Of a stretch of DNA of 47,728 nucleotides, positions 25,819 to 35,934 are shown piece by piece. The notes under the pieces are model-generated. The model saw nothing but the letters and a program-made list of their open reading frames with translations. It did no database searches and was not told where the DNA came from. The DNA is from Clostridia bacterium (lineage in GTDB: Bacteria > Bacillota > Clostridia > Lachnospirales > JAKSVV01), in assembly GCA_024407775.1 (NCBI GenBank), contig JAKSVV010000002.1, forward strand, positions 1 to 47,728, given 5' to 3'. Numbering within the stretch: position 1 is the first letter of the stretch; the number at the start of each line of letters is the position of its first letter. The position numbers and the translations under genes were made by a program.

Positions 25819-26391
25819 TTATTTTTCTTTTTTAGCATTGTATTTATTCATGATGTAATTCATATCATTATCTAATCTATCACAAATTGCATCACAAACT
25901 TTTTCTAATGTTTCGTCAAATTCTTTTCTGTCTTCTTTGCTCATTTTTGATAAAACGTGATCTGCTAAATCAGAATTTTCTTTTTTAGCTCCCACTCCAA
26001 TTTTTATTCTATCAAAAACGTCACTTCCTACTTGGCTAATTATACTTTTAATTCCGTTGTGTCCACCTGCACTACCTTTAGTTCTTACTCTCATATTACC
26101 AATATCAAGATCTATGTCATCATATACAACCATAAAATCTTCATTAGTTAAATGATAGAAACTTAATATTTCATGTAAGCTGTTACCACTTAAGTTCATA
26201 AAAGTTTGAGGTTTAACAAGTATTACTCTCTTATTATTTATAACTCCATCACCAATTAGTGCTTGGAATTTTTTCTTAGTAACATCTATGTTAAATCTAT
26301 CAGCAAGTATATCAATTGTATCAAATCCAGCATTATGTCTTGTATGTTCATATTCTTTGCCTGGATTTCCTAGTCCAACAATTATGTACAT
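25819..26391 (-). CDS. pth: peptidyl-tRNA hydrolase
   Basis: MYIIVGLGNPGKEYEHTRHNAGF and GSAGGHNGIKSI. ATG at 26391 after AAGGAG; the track ORF extends to 26421. Confidence 0.93.
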   Translation of the reverse strand: MYIIVGLGNPGKEYEHTRHNAGFDTIDILADRFNIDVTKKKFQALIGDGVINNKRVILVKPQTFMNLSGNSLHEILSFYHLTNEDFMVVYDDIDLDIGNMRVRTKGSAGGHNGIKSIISQVGSDVFDRIKIGVGAKKENSDLADHVLSKMSKEDRKEFDETLEKVCDAICDRLDNDMNYIMNKYNAKKEK

Positions 26392-26452
26392 TTCTTGCTC
26401 CTTATTATTTAATTCATTCATTATTATATCACGAAATTAAAATTAATCAAAT

Positions 26453-26480
26453 AAAAAACCCGCATAAAGCGGGTATTATT
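26453..26480 (-). terminator. rho-independent terminator after hemW
   Basis: Stem CCCGC / GCGGG with an ATAAA loop. T-run on the minus strand. Confidence 0.75.
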
Positions 26481-26481
26481 T

Positions 26482-27639
26482 TTATAACATAAATTCTGCA
26501 AATAAAACATTTGATACATCTATACCTTTTTTAGATAATCTAATTAAATCATCTTCTCTTTCAAGATATCCATCTTCAATCATTTCATTGATAGTATCAC
26601 CATAAATATCAAAAATATCTTTACCGAATTTTTCTTTAAATTTATTTATACTAATTCCATCTAGCATACGTAATCCAAGGAACATAAATTCTGATATTTG
26701 ATCACTTTCAGATTCAAGTTCTTTCTTACCATTAACATAAGTAATTTTATTTTCATCTCTTAATTTACTTATATATCTATTAAGATCAATTACATTACTA
26801 AATCTATAATTATTAAAATAAGAATGAGCTGCAAGTCCTAGTCCTAAGTATTCTTCAGCCTTCCAATAAATCATATTATGTTCTGATTCATAACCTGGTT
26901 TTGCAAAATTTGAAATTTCATATTGATGATATCCATTCTTTTTAAGTTCATCACAAATATAATAATAAATTTCTCTATCTGTATCTTCATCAGGAAATTC
27001 ATATTTGCTATCACCAGAACATGCCATATCATACATCTTTGTTCCTTCTTCTATGATTAAAGAATATGCTGAAACGTGTTCAAGTTTTAAAGCAAGAACT
27101 TCATCAACTGTATGTTTAATATCTTTCATAGATTCATTAGGAAGTGAAAACATAATGTCTGCATTAATATTTTTAAATCCAACTTTTCTAGCATCTTCAA
27201 CGTTCTTTTTAAACTCATCGAATGTATGAATTCTTGATAACATTTTTAATGTCGAATCGTTAGCACTTTGAAGACCTATACTTAATCTATTAACTCCAAG
27301 TTCTTTTAAAGTTTTTAATTTATCAATATCAAGTGTTCCTGGATTTGCTTCACAAGTAAATTCTATTTCATCTTTAAAAGTAAAATTTTCTTTTATAGCA
27401 TTAACTAGCTTTTTTAATTGATCACAAGATAAAATTGTTGGAGTACCACCACCAATAAAAACTGTTTTTATAATTCTATCTTTAACAACTTCTTTATATA
27501 AATTCATTTCTTTTATAAGCATATCTATATATTCATCAATCTTATCTTCTTTATTTGCAAAAGAACAAAAGTCACAATATATACATTTACTTTTACAAAA
27601 TGGAATATGAACATATAATCCAATTTCTTTATTCATCAT
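26482..27639 (-). CDS. hemW: radical SAM heme chaperone HemW (HemN-like, oxygen-independent coproporphyrinogen oxidase family)
   Basis: LYVHIPFCKSKCIYCDF (CxxxCxxC), GGGTPT, and a HemN C-terminal domain. Confidence 0.88.
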   Translation of the reverse strand: MMNKEIGLYVHIPFCKSKCIYCDFCSFANKEDKIDEYIDMLIKEMNLYKEVVKDRIIKTVFIGGGTPTILSCDQLKKLVNAIKENFTFKDEIEFTCEANPGTLDIDKLKTLKELGVNRLSIGLQSANDSTLKMLSRIHTFDEFKKNVEDARKVGFKNINADIMFSLPNESMKDIKHTVDEVLALKLEHVSAYSLIIEEGTKMYDMACSGDSKYEFPDEDTDREIYYYICDELKKNGYHQYEISNFAKPGYESEHNMIYWKAEEYLGLGLAAHSYFNNYRFSNVIDLNRYISKLRDENKITYVNGKKELESESDQISEFMFLGLRMLDGISINKFKEKFGKDIFDIYGDTINEMIEDGYLEREDDLIRLSKKGIDVSNVLFAEFML

Positions 27640-27645
27640 ATCTCC

Positions 27646-28086
27646 TTACTTTCCTGTTGACCCAAATCCACCAGAATTTCTTTCTGTTTTCTTTAATTCA
27701 AAAACTTTTTTAAAACTAAATTTATAAACTGGAACAAGTGCAAGTTGTGCTATCTTGTCACCTTTTTTAATTTCATAATCTTCACTACCTGAATTTTTTA
27801 ATATAACACCAAACTCACCAGTATATCCAGAATCAATTATACCAGGTGCGTTAAGTACGAACACTCCATGTTTTGCAGCCATACCACTTCTTGATCTAAC
27901 TTGTACTTCAAAACCTTTTGGTACATCCATATACACTCCAGTTTTAATAACTTTATATTCATTAACTTTTAAAATGTAATCTTCATTAGAAAAAATATCA
28001 CAACATGCATCATCTTTATGTGCATATTCTGGCATCTTAGCTCCATCATCTAATTTTAAATTTACTCTTTTAATTCTACCAATCAT
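27646..28086 (-). CDS. dut: dUTP diphosphatase
   Basis: 146 aa. RSRSGMA, GIIDSGYTGE and the C-terminal RNSGGFGSTG motif. Confidence 0.92.
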   Translation of the reverse strand: MIGRIKRVNLKLDDGAKMPEYAHKDDACCDIFSNEDYILKVNEYKVIKTGVYMDVPKGFEVQVRSRSGMAAKHGVFVLNAPGIIDSGYTGEFGVILKNSGSEDYEIKKGDKIAQLALVPVYKFSFKKVFELKKTERNSGGFGSTGK

Positions 28087-28145
28087 ACTATTCCTCCATT
28101 TTTATTTAGTATAACAAAATAAAAAATAAATAAAATATTTCATAA

Positions 28146-28176
28146 TAAAAAAAGTCAGGAATAAATTCCTGACTAA
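28146..28176 (-). terminator. rho-independent terminator after the symporter gene
   Basis: Stem GTCAGGA / TCCTGAC with a 6-nt loop. T-run on the minus strand. Confidence 0.8.
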
Positions 28177-28213
28177 AAATTATTATTATTTTTTATTTTA
28201 CTTTTTATATATT

Positions 28214-29494
28214 TTATTTTTTATCTTCTTTTTTAGCTTTTGTTTTTGTTTTTTTATTCATCCAATCTTTTCCGTCAATTATTCTTGCTACTAACATAGA
28301 ACTTGATGAGTCACCTACAACGTTAAGCATTGTAGCTGGTGCATCAATAATTGTAGCAATGATTGATAAGATTGGTAATGAATATAGTGGGAATCCCATC
28401 ATTGTTAAAATTAACATTTCAGAAATTGTTCCTCCACCAATAGGTACAGCCATAACAAGTAAGTTAGCAAGTAATGCTACTACTATTAATTTTCCCATTC
28501 CAGCTGTTGCTGCAATACTTGGGAATAATGCTGCAAGGAACATAATTTTAAATACTGATCCAATAATTGATCCATCTTTGTGGAAACTTGTTCCTAATGG
28601 AATTGTTGTTTCAGCAATGTCATCTGATACTCCTATTTTTTTAGCACATTCAGCATTTACAGGAATTGAAGCTGCACTTGAACATGTAGCAATTGATGTA
28701 ATTGTAGCTGGTAAAATATTTTTCCAGAATGATTTAAATCCTTTAAATCCTCCAGCAATTAATGCATAAATTGAATATACTACAAAATAGAATGCAATAC
28801 AAACAACTGTATAAATAATAAATGTTCTTAAGAATCCAACTGCTATTTGATCTCCAAGAGTTCCAACTAATGCTGCTATATAACAACCAAGTCCGATTGG
28901 CGCATAGTACATTATAATTTTTATTAATTGCATAACAACTGCATTAGCACTTACTATAAAATCAACCATAGGTTTAGCTGCATCTCCAGTCATATGAATT
29001 GCAATACCTACTAATAATGATACAACTAGTAATGCTATTAAATTACCTTTTGAAAGTAATGCTGAGAAATCATTAACAGTTAAAACTTGAACTGTTCTTT
29101 CTAATATAGACATGTCTTCTTCAGGTGCTTCAATTTCTTCATCTGTAGCAAATTCTGAGAAGATAGCTTCTTCGTCATCTACTGTAACAAGATCTACATT
29201 TTGTGTAACACCTAAACCAACGAATACTGCAACAAGTGATGTAAAAATAAATGTTGCAAAAATTGTAATAATAATTTTTCCTAATCTTTTTGGACTAGAC
29301 ATCTTAGCAATTGAAGATGTAATTGTTAAAAAGATTAATGGTACAATAACTATGAACATCATGTTTAAGAAAATGTCTCCTAGTGGTTGTACTACTGCTG
29401 CTTTTTCTCCGAAATAAATTCCGCAGAATGTACCAACAACAATTGCAGCTAGTAAGATAATTGTTGCTTTATAATTTTTCCAAAAATTTTTCAT
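28214..29494 (-). CDS. dicarboxylate/amino acid:cation symporter (DAACS/SDF family)
   Basis: 426 aa, multi-TM. Family motifs ATCSSAASIPV and DAPATMLNVVGD. Confidence 0.85.
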   Translation of the reverse strand: MKNFWKNYKATIILLAAIVVGTFCGIYFGEKAAVVQPLGDIFLNMMFIVIVPLIFLTITSSIAKMSSPKRLGKIIITIFATFIFTSLVAVFVGLGVTQNVDLVTVDDEEAIFSEFATDEEIEAPEEDMSILERTVQVLTVNDFSALLSKGNLIALLVVSLLVGIAIHMTGDAAKPMVDFIVSANAVVMQLIKIIMYYAPIGLGCYIAALVGTLGDQIAVGFLRTFIIYTVVCIAFYFVVYSIYALIAGGFKGFKSFWKNILPATITSIATCSSAASIPVNAECAKKIGVSDDIAETTIPLGTSFHKDGSIIGSVFKIMFLAALFPSIAATAGMGKLIVVALLANLLVMAVPIGGGTISEMLILTMMGFPLYSLPILSIIATIIDAPATMLNVVGDSSSSMLVARIIDGKDWMNKKTKTKAKKEDKK

Positions 29495-29677
29495 AGAACC
29501 TCCTCGCTATGATATATTTTTTATATTTGTAGAATAACATCTACATACTTAAATTATATTCTGCTAAAAAGCAAAATCAATAAAATATATACTAATTTTT
29601 TTATAACAATTAATTAATAAGTTATTAAAAAAATATTACATAATAGCACTAAAAAAATGCACAAAAAAAGTTACAAG

Positions 29678-30199
29678 TTATTCACTTGCAACTACTTTTT
29701 GTGCATTCTTCTCCCTTAAAATTTGCATTTTAAGTGTTTCTATTTCAGCTTTTAATAATTCATTTTCTTTATTTGAATGTTCATATTCTTTTTTATAAAT
29801 ATCAACTTCTGATTCTAGTTTTTTAATATCTATAGCTTTTTGATTTGAATCATCTAAAAGTTTGCAATATTCATCTGCGATATTTAAACTAGTTAATAAG
29901 GCAACTGCTCTTAAGTCCATGTTTCTTGTTGATTCCATTTTTCTTGTTTCAGATAATTTTTGATTTAAATAGAATGCAACTTTTTGCATATAAGATTCTT
30001 CTTCATCACTTACGATTGTATAAATTACTCCATCAAGTAATACTTCAACTTTTTGTTTTTCAGTCTTCATTTCGTGAGCATTGAATGCTTGTTTATTCAT
30101 ATTTAAATTTTCATAAAATCTTTCTGCTTTTTGTCTATTTAACATGTTTGACTTATATGATTCTGTTCCTGGTAATCCATAAAAATTTCTGTCTGCCAT
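29678..30199 (-). CDS. zapA: cell division protein ZapA with C-terminal coiled coil
   Basis: The core VEVLLDGVIYTIVSDEEESYMQKVAFYLNQKL...ALLTSLNIADEY is ZapA-like. GGAGG RBS. Confidence 0.75.
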   Translation of the reverse strand: MADRNFYGLPGTESYKSNMLNRQKAERFYENLNMNKQAFNAHEMKTEKQKVEVLLDGVIYTIVSDEEESYMQKVAFYLNQKLSETRKMESTRNMDLRAVALLTSLNIADEYCKLLDDSNQKAIDIKKLESEVDIYKKEYEHSNKENELLKAEIETLKMQILREKNAQKVVASE

Positions 30200-30316
30200 A
30201 GATAACCTCCTTCATTATAATTTCATTTTATACAAAAGAAATTTATAAGTCAATAAATTTAGAAATAAATAAATTCTTCTAACCCTCATAAAATCAATAC
30301 TTTCCTTGATATAGGT

Positions 30317-30345
30317 TTGACAAAAATTCATATTTTTTATATTAT
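30317..30345 (+). promoter_or_regulatory. sigma-A type promoter for the WG-repeat gene
   Basis: TTGACA, 17 nt, TATTAT. The ORF-track TTG start at 30317 is actually this -35 box. Confidence 0.6.
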
Positions 30346-30403
30346 ATTTTTAAAATTTGTAGCAACAGCTATACTAGCAGTCACTCAATATGGAGATGAT
30401 ATT

Positions 30404-30877
30404 ATGCAAGCAAGAATAAAAAATAAAGGCAAAAATAAATATGTAATCATAAATTGTTTCGGAAAAGAAATACCTGTTGAAAACATTGATGCACTTTTTC
30501 AGTTCAAAGGAAAATATGCAATATATCGAATCAAAGATCCAAACAATAATAATATGCGTAGGTATGGATATTATACAGAGACTGGTGAAAAACTAACAGA
30601 TAAAATTTATGATCATGCTGACAATTTCATAGGCAAATATGGAGTAATTAAAAATGGTGGAATGCAAAATCTTATAAATGAAAATGGTAATGAAGTTCTT
30701 AGCTGGAACTACACCTTTGTTGAACCATTTATAAATAATACATTTATCATCAATTATTATTCTGAAGATGGACAGGATTTATGGGGACTCGTTGATTTAG
30801 ATGAGAACTTTATAATACCGCCAGATAATCAAAGCAAATTTGAAGTAATGTGGAAAGCTAGAAAAATTATGATGTGA
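30404..30877 (+). CDS. WG-repeat-like hypothetical protein (157 aa)
   Basis: ATG at 30404 after GGAGATGA. Repeated G-K-Y-G/W-G-hydrophobic-hydrophobic units (GKYAIYRI, GKYGVIKNGG, LWGLVDLDENFIIPP) resemble WG-containing beta-propeller repeats. Confidence 0.55.
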   Translation: MQARIKNKGKNKYVIINCFGKEIPVENIDALFQFKGKYAIYRIKDPNNNNMRRYGYYTETGEKLTDKIYDHADNFIGKYGVIKNGGMQNLINENGNEVLSWNYTFVEPFINNTFIINYYSEDGQDLWGLVDLDENFIIPPDNQSKFEVMWKARKIMM

Positions 30878-30882
30878 CTGCT

Positions 30883-30915
30883 AAAAAAAGAAGAACTACT
30901 GTTCTTCTTTTTTTA
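30883..30915 (+). terminator. rho-independent terminator
   Basis: Stem GAAGAAC / GTTCTTC with a TACT loop, followed by TTTTTTT. Confidence 0.85.
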
Positions 30916-30925
30916 TTATCTTTTG

Positions 30926-30954
30926 TTGACTTAACATTAATGCTGTGTTAAAAT
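30926..30954 (+). promoter_or_regulatory. sigma-A promoter (extended -10) for the tyrS leader
   Basis: TTGACT, 17 nt, TAAAAT, with TGT immediately upstream of the -10. Confidence 0.65.
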
Positions 30955-30961
30955 ATTATTT

Positions 30962-31190
30962 AAATTAAAGTAAATATTATGCATTGAAAAAAGACCTAGT
31001 AGTATTAATCTAGAGAGAAACTGGTTGGTGAAAAGTTTCAAATAAAATACGAATTACACTTTTAGAGCATGACGAAAGTCCGCTTGTAGCGTTAAAACTT
31101 AATGAGTTAAAGATATTAATCTTTTTAAATATAAGGTGGTACCACGATATTGTCGTCCTTTTAGCATATGTTGCTATAAGGATTTTTTTA
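30962..31190 (+). promoter_or_regulatory. T-box riboswitch leader, tyrosine specifier (UAC)
   Basis: Stem I elements AGTA, AGAGAGA and GGTTGGTGAAA. Candidate specifier region AAAATACGAA with UAC. Conserved T-box AATATAAGGTGGTACCACG. Terminator TCCTTTTAGCA / TGCTATAAGGA followed by TTTTTTT, directly upstream of tyrS. Confidence 0.88.
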
Positions 31191-31231
31191 TTGCAATTTT
31201 TACTTAAAAAATATAAAGGAGGAAATTTATA

Positions 31232-32467
31232 ATGGAAGAAAAGAAAAATGTTTTCGACGTTTTAAAAGAACGTGGTTACATTGCACAAACAAGTAACGAA
31301 GAAGAAATTAGAAAACAATTAGGTGAAGGTAGTGTTACTATGTATTGTGGATATGATCCAACAGGTGATTCATTACATATAGGACACTTCTTAACATTAA
31401 TGGCAGCTCACTACTTACAAGAAGCTGGACATAAAATCATTACATTAGTTGGTGGAGGTACTGCTTCTATTGGTGACCCATCAGGAAAAAATGATATGAG
31501 AAAAATGTTAACTAGAGAAGAATTAGCACACAATGCAGAAAGTTTAAAGAAACAAATTTCAAAATTCTTAGACTACACAGATGATAAAGCTATCATGGTA
31601 GATAATGCAGATTGGTTATTCAAATTAGAATTCCTACCATTCTTAAGAGATATTGCAGTAACATTTTCAGTAAATAAAATGTTAACAGCTGAATGTTATA
31701 AATCAAGAATGGAACAAGGACTTACTCTTCTTGAATTTTGTTATATGCCAATGCAAAGTTATGACTTCTTAGAATTAAATAGAAAATATAATTGTACAAT
31801 GGAATTCGGTGGAGACGATCAATGGTCAAACATGATTGGTGGTATCGAATTAATTCGTAAAAAAGAAAGAAAAGATGTTAATGTATTTACATTCAACTTA
31901 CTAACAACTAGTGATGGTAAGAAAATGGGTAAAACAGAAAAAGGAGCTCTATTCTTAGATCCAGCAAAAACAACACCTTACGAATTCTATCAATATTTTA
32001 GAAACGTACAAGATGCTGACGTAAGAAAATGTTTATGCTTATTAACATTCTTACCACTTGATGAAATTGATAAACTATGTAATGTTGAAGGTGCTGCTAT
32101 CAACCATGCAAAAGAAGTTCTTGCATACGAAACAACAAAAATTGTTCACGGTGAAGAAGAAGCTAAAAAATGTGATGAAGCAGCTAAAGCAGTTTTCTCA
32201 GGACAAGGTAATAATGAAAATATGCCAACAAAAGATTTAGATAAAACATTATTAGATGGAGAATTTGGTTTACTTGATATGTTAGTAACTACTGCTATTC
32301 TTCCTTCAAAATCAGAAGCAAGAAGATTAGTTGAACAAGGTGGAGTTTCAATCAACTCTGAAAAAGTTACTGATGTTAAAATGATGATTACAAAAGATTT
32401 ATTTAAAGATGATGAAATCATTGTTCAAAAAGGTAAAAAGAATTTCTTCAAAGTTAAATTAGTTTAA
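31232..32467 (+). CDS. tyrS: tyrosine--tRNA ligase
   Basis: HIGH motif (SLHIGHFL), KMSKS-type motif (KMGKT) and a C-terminal S4 domain ([17 protein letters not shown]). Confidence 0.95.
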   Translation: MEEKKNVFDVLKERGYIAQTSNEEEIRKQLGEGSVTMYCGYDPTGDSLHIGHFLTLMAAHYLQEAGHKIITLVGGGTASIGDPSGKNDMRKMLTREELAHNAESLKKQISKFLDYTDDKAIMVDNADWLFKLEFLPFLRDIAVTFSVNKMLTAECYKSRMEQGLTLLEFCYMPMQSYDFLELNRKYNCTMEFGGDDQWSNMIGGIELIRKKERKDVNVFTFNLLTTSDGKKMGKTEKGALFLDPAKTTPYEFYQYFRNVQDADVRKCLCLLTFLPLDEIDKLCNVEGAAINHAKEVLAYETTKIVHGEEEAKKCDEAAKAVFSGQGNNENMPTKDLDKTLLDGEFGLLDMLVTTAILPSKSEARRLVEQGGVSINSEKVTDVKMMITKDLFKDDEIIVQKGKKNFFKVKLV

Positions 32468-32482
32468 TAAATTTTTTCTAAT

Positions 32483-32522
32483 AAAAAAATGTAGATAGAA
32501 ATTTTCTATCTACATTTTTTAT
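32483..32522. terminator. bidirectional terminator between convergent tyrS and lipoprotein gene
   Basis: 12-bp perfect stem ATGTAGATAGAA / TTCTATCTACAT, flanked by an A-run and a T-run. Overlaps the stop of the minus-strand ORF. Confidence 0.85.
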
Positions 32523-33040
32523 TTATTATTTTCTTTTTCTATAATTTGATTTCTTATATCATTTTCTTCATCAGTAATATTTTCTTCTTCTAAAATTTCT
32601 AACGAATCACATCTTATATAATCATAAATTGTATCACCTTCTGAATATTGATCTAATAATCCTGTTATTACAACTTTAGTTCCTATTTCAGGATACTCAG
32701 TTAGTTTATGTCCCATCCAATTAAACTCAACATATAAATAAGAACATCCATCACTATCTGGAATAATTACAAAATGATATACATTAGGTTCATCATTTAC
32801 TGTTGCATAAGTTTCATCATAATATCCTTCAAGTCTTATACTCTTTCCATAATAATCTCCAGCATGTTTTTGAAAGATACTAAATTTATTATACATTTCA
32901 TCTTGATCTTCAATTTGATATAAATCAACATCAAATCCATTAGCTGAATAAATTTCTGTATTAAATTTATTACAGCCACTAAGAATTGAAACTGATAATA
33001 GTAAAATCATTAATAATGTTAACTTAAAAAATTGCTTCAT
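32519..33040 (-). CDS. putative lipoprotein, function unknown
   Basis: ATG at 33040 after GGAGG. Signal peptide with lipobox LSGC (LLLSVSILSGCNKF). Confidence 0.65.
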   Translation of the reverse strand: MKQFFKLTLLMILLLSVSILSGCNKFNTEIYSANGFDVDLYQIEDQDEMYNKFSIFQKHAGDYYGKSIRLEGYYDETYATVNDEPNVYHFVIIPDSDGCSYLYVEFNWMGHKLTEYPEIGTKVVITGLLDQYSEGDTIYDYIRCDSLEILEEENITDEENDIRNQIIEKENNK

Positions 33041-33253
33041 ATATACCTCCAATAATATTTATAGTATATCAAAATTTTTTCTAAAATCATTAAAAAATCT
33101 AATATTTTTAATCAATAACTAATTTTAATGTTTGAATTACATAAAATATATATGTAAATTAGCCATTATTATCGATTTTAAGGCCTTTTTGCCATTTTTA
33201 CAATAAATTATATATCAATACTCTATTTTTCTCATAAAATTTAAATAAAAAAG

Positions 33254-33285
33254 TAAAAAACCTTTCATCACTGAAAGGTTTTTTA
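33254..33285 (-). terminator. rho-independent terminator after glgB
   Basis: Stem AACCTTTCA / TGAAAGGTT with a TCAC loop. T-run on the minus strand. Confidence 0.8.
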
Positions 33286-33364
33286 TCTCATATATAAATA
33301 TATAAATTTATCACACACATTTTAATTTTAATCTTAATCTAATTTTTAATTTAATCTTTTTGGT

Positions 33365-35575
33365 CTACCATGTTTTTCTTTTAAACATAACCATTGATAA
33401 TGGTGGTAATCTAAACTCTATTGAATAAGGTTTAAAGTTCCATCCATCACTTGATGCTTTAATAGGATCTGGATTATAGATATTACTTCCTCCATATTTT
33501 TCGATATCACTATTAAAGATTTGTTGATATTCTCCTCCATCAAATACACCCATCTTATAATTATTATGAGGTACTGGTGTAAAGTTACATACAACATAAA
33601 TATTATCGTTTGGATTTTCTGATTTTCTTACGAAGCTAACAATGCTATTGTTAAAATCATTTCCATCTATCCATTCGAATCCATCACTACCGAAATCATT
33701 TCTCCATAGTGCTCTTTCATTTCTATATAAATGATTTAAATCTTTTATATATTCATTAAGTTGTTTATGTTTTTCATAATCGAATAAATTCCAATCTAGA
33801 CTTACTCCATCATTCCATTCATTAAATTGTCCAAAATCATTTCCCATGAATAACAATTTCTTTCCTGGATGTCCAAACATAAATCCATAATCAACTCTTA
33901 GATTAGCAAACTTTTGCCAATAGTCACCTGGCATCTTACCTATCATTGATCCTTTTCCATGAACAACTTCATCATGTGATAATACTAAGATAAAGTTTTC
34001 ACTAAATGCATATATTAAACCAAATGTTATATCGTTATGATGATATCTCTTATAGATAGGATCTTTTGCAGCATATCTTAAGAAGTCATTCATCCATCCC
34101 ATATTCCATTTGAATTTAAATCCAAGTCCACCATATTCAACTTTAGTTGAAACTCCTGACCATGATGTTGATTCTTCTGCTATCATTAAAGCCTTAGGGA
34201 ATTTTTGATCAATGATTGAATTCATATGTTTTAAAAATTCTATTGCTTCAATGTTTTCTTTTCCACCAAATTTATTTGGTATCCATTCACCATCGTTCTT
34301 ACCATAATCAAGATATAACATTGATGCAACAGCATCAACTCTTAATCCATCAATATGATATTTATCTAGCCAGAAAAGTGCATTTGCTATTAAGAAGTTT
34401 TTAACTTCTGCTCTTCCATAGTTATAAATATATGTTCCCCAGTCTGGATGTTCACCTTGTTTTGGATCTGAATGTTCATATAAACATGTTCCATCAAATC
34501 TAGCAAGTCCATGAGAATCTTTAGGGAAGTGAGCTGGTACCCAGTCCATTATTACACTAATACCATGTTGATGCATGTAATCAACAAAATACATAAAGTC
34601 TTTTGGATTACCGAATCTTGATGTTGGTGCATAATATCCTGTTACTTGATATCCCCATGATCCATCGAATGGATGTTCAGTTACTGGTAATAATTCAATG
34701 TGAGTATAACCCATATTAGTTACATAGTCACAAAGTTTTTCTGCAAGTTCTCTATATCCAAGGAATGAATTATTGTCTCCTCTTTGCCATGAACCTAGAT
34801 GAACTTCATATATACTCATTGCTGAATTATATTCATCTTTTTGATCTCTATCACGAATGTAATCATCATCATGCCATTCATAGTTATCAATATTGTAAAT
34901 TATACTTGCTGTATTTGGTCTTACTTCACAATAGAAACCATATGGGTCTTGTTTCATTAACAAGTCATCATATTTTGTTTTTATTTCATATTTGTATTTA
35001 TCATTTTCTCTTAAACCTGGAACGAATAATTCCCAAATACCAGAGGCACCACGATTTCTCATTTGTCCTCTTCTTCCATCCCAGTCATTAAAGTTTCCAA
35101 CGACACTCACTCTTTTTGCATTTGGTGCCCATACTGCAAATAATACTCCGCAGACACCATCCAATTCAATTACGTGTGCTCCTAATTTGTTGTAGATTTC
35201 ATAATTGTTACCTTCACCAAAAAGGAATTGATCGTAATCTGATAATACTGGACCAAATTGATATGGATCAAAATATAACCATTCATTTTCAACATATCCA
35301 GTTACCTTAAACTTATATCTAAAGAAATCAGTCCTATTTTCTAAAATACATATGAAGAATCCATCATCATGAATTCTTTCCATTTTATATTGCTCGCTAG
35401 TGTTATTAGCGTCGATAACATAAACTTCTTTAGCTACAGGAATAAAAGCTCTAATTATTAAACATTTACTGCCATCTTCTCGTGTAATTTCATGCATACC
35501 TAAAATATGATGAGGATCACGATGATTAGCATTTAATATTTCGTACATTTCTATTTCGTTTGTAAATGTGTTCAT
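33365..35575 (-). CDS. glgB: 1,4-alpha-glucan branching enzyme
   Basis: ATG at 35575 after GGGGG. GH13 motifs (VIMDWVPAHF, GLRVDAVASMLY, IAEESTSW, LSHDEVVHGK) and an N-terminal CBM48-like region. Confidence 0.92.
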   Translation of the reverse strand: MNTFTNEIEMYEILNANHRDPHHILGMHEITREDGSKCLIIRAFIPVAKEVYVIDANNTSEQYKMERIHDDGFFICILENRTDFFRYKFKVTGYVENEWLYFDPYQFGPVLSDYDQFLFGEGNNYEIYNKLGAHVIELDGVCGVLFAVWAPNAKRVSVVGNFNDWDGRRGQMRNRGASGIWELFVPGLRENDKYKYEIKTKYDDLLMKQDPYGFYCEVRPNTASIIYNIDNYEWHDDDYIRDRDQKDEYNSAMSIYEVHLGSWQRGDNNSFLGYRELAEKLCDYVTNMGYTHIELLPVTEHPFDGSWGYQVTGYYAPTSRFGNPKDFMYFVDYMHQHGISVIMDWVPAHFPKDSHGLARFDGTCLYEHSDPKQGEHPDWGTYIYNYGRAEVKNFLIANALFWLDKYHIDGLRVDAVASMLYLDYGKNDGEWIPNKFGGKENIEAIEFLKHMNSIIDQKFPKALMIAEESTSWSGVSTKVEYGGLGFKFKWNMGWMNDFLRYAAKDPIYKRYHHNDITFGLIYAFSENFILVLSHDEVVHGKGSMIGKMPGDYWQKFANLRVDYGFMFGHPGKKLLFMGNDFGQFNEWNDGVSLDWNLFDYEKHKQLNEYIKDLNHLYRNERALWRNDFGSDGFEWIDGNDFNNSIVSFVRKSENPNDNIYVVCNFTPVPHNNYKMGVFDGGEYQQIFNSDIEKYGGSNIYNPDPIKASSDGWNFKPYSIEFRLPPLSMVMFKRKTW

Positions 35576-35757
35576 TCTTACCCCCAAACCAAATTGCATA
35601 TTTATATAAAACAATTTCAAAAATTTTTATATAAACATGGTTACTTTATTATATGATATATTTTTTAAAGTGCAATAAAAAAATGTTTATTTTTTTATTT
35701 ATTTTTCAATATTTTATAATATTTACAAAAATACTATATCAATACTGATTTAGAGCA

Positions 35758-35925
35758 CTAATTATCATCTTTTTTATTGTAATTTTTATTATAATTTTCA
35801 AATGATTCTTTTCTTTTTAGCATAATACCATTAATAAATTTTCTAGTTACTCTATATAGTAAAATAAAAAGTAATATAAAAATAACTGTTCTTAATATAA
35901 TTGTCTTTAATAAAAATGAATCCAT
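35758..35925 (-). CDS. small single-pass membrane peptide (55 aa), third gene of the McrBC-like operon
   Basis: Not in the track. Hand translation gives MDSFLLKTIILRTVIFILLFILLYRVTRKFINGIMLKRKESFENYNKNYNKKDDN*. The GGAGAA RBS overlaps the stop of the upstream gene (9-nt gap). Confidence 0.4.
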   Translation of the reverse strand: MDSFLLKTIILRTVIFILLFILLYRVTRKFINGIMLKRKESFENYNKNYNKKDDN

Positions 35926-35934
35926 CTTGTTCTC

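Noticed and set aside
28359-29417. Plus-strand ORFs 28359..28769 and 29112..29417.
   Set aside because: They are antisense to the clearly identified DAACS symporter gene. Such shadow frames are typical of hydrophobic-protein genes.
30317-30403. N-terminal extension (TTG start at 30317) of the WG-repeat ORF.
   Set aside because: The TTG is the first base of a TTGACA -35 box with a TATTAT -10 placed 17 nt downstream. The ATG at 30404 has a GGAG RBS.
34216-35310. Several plus-strand ORFs (34216..34404, 34765..35091, 34992..35195, 35116..35310).
   Set aside because: All lie antisense inside glgB, whose GH13 motifs are unambiguous.
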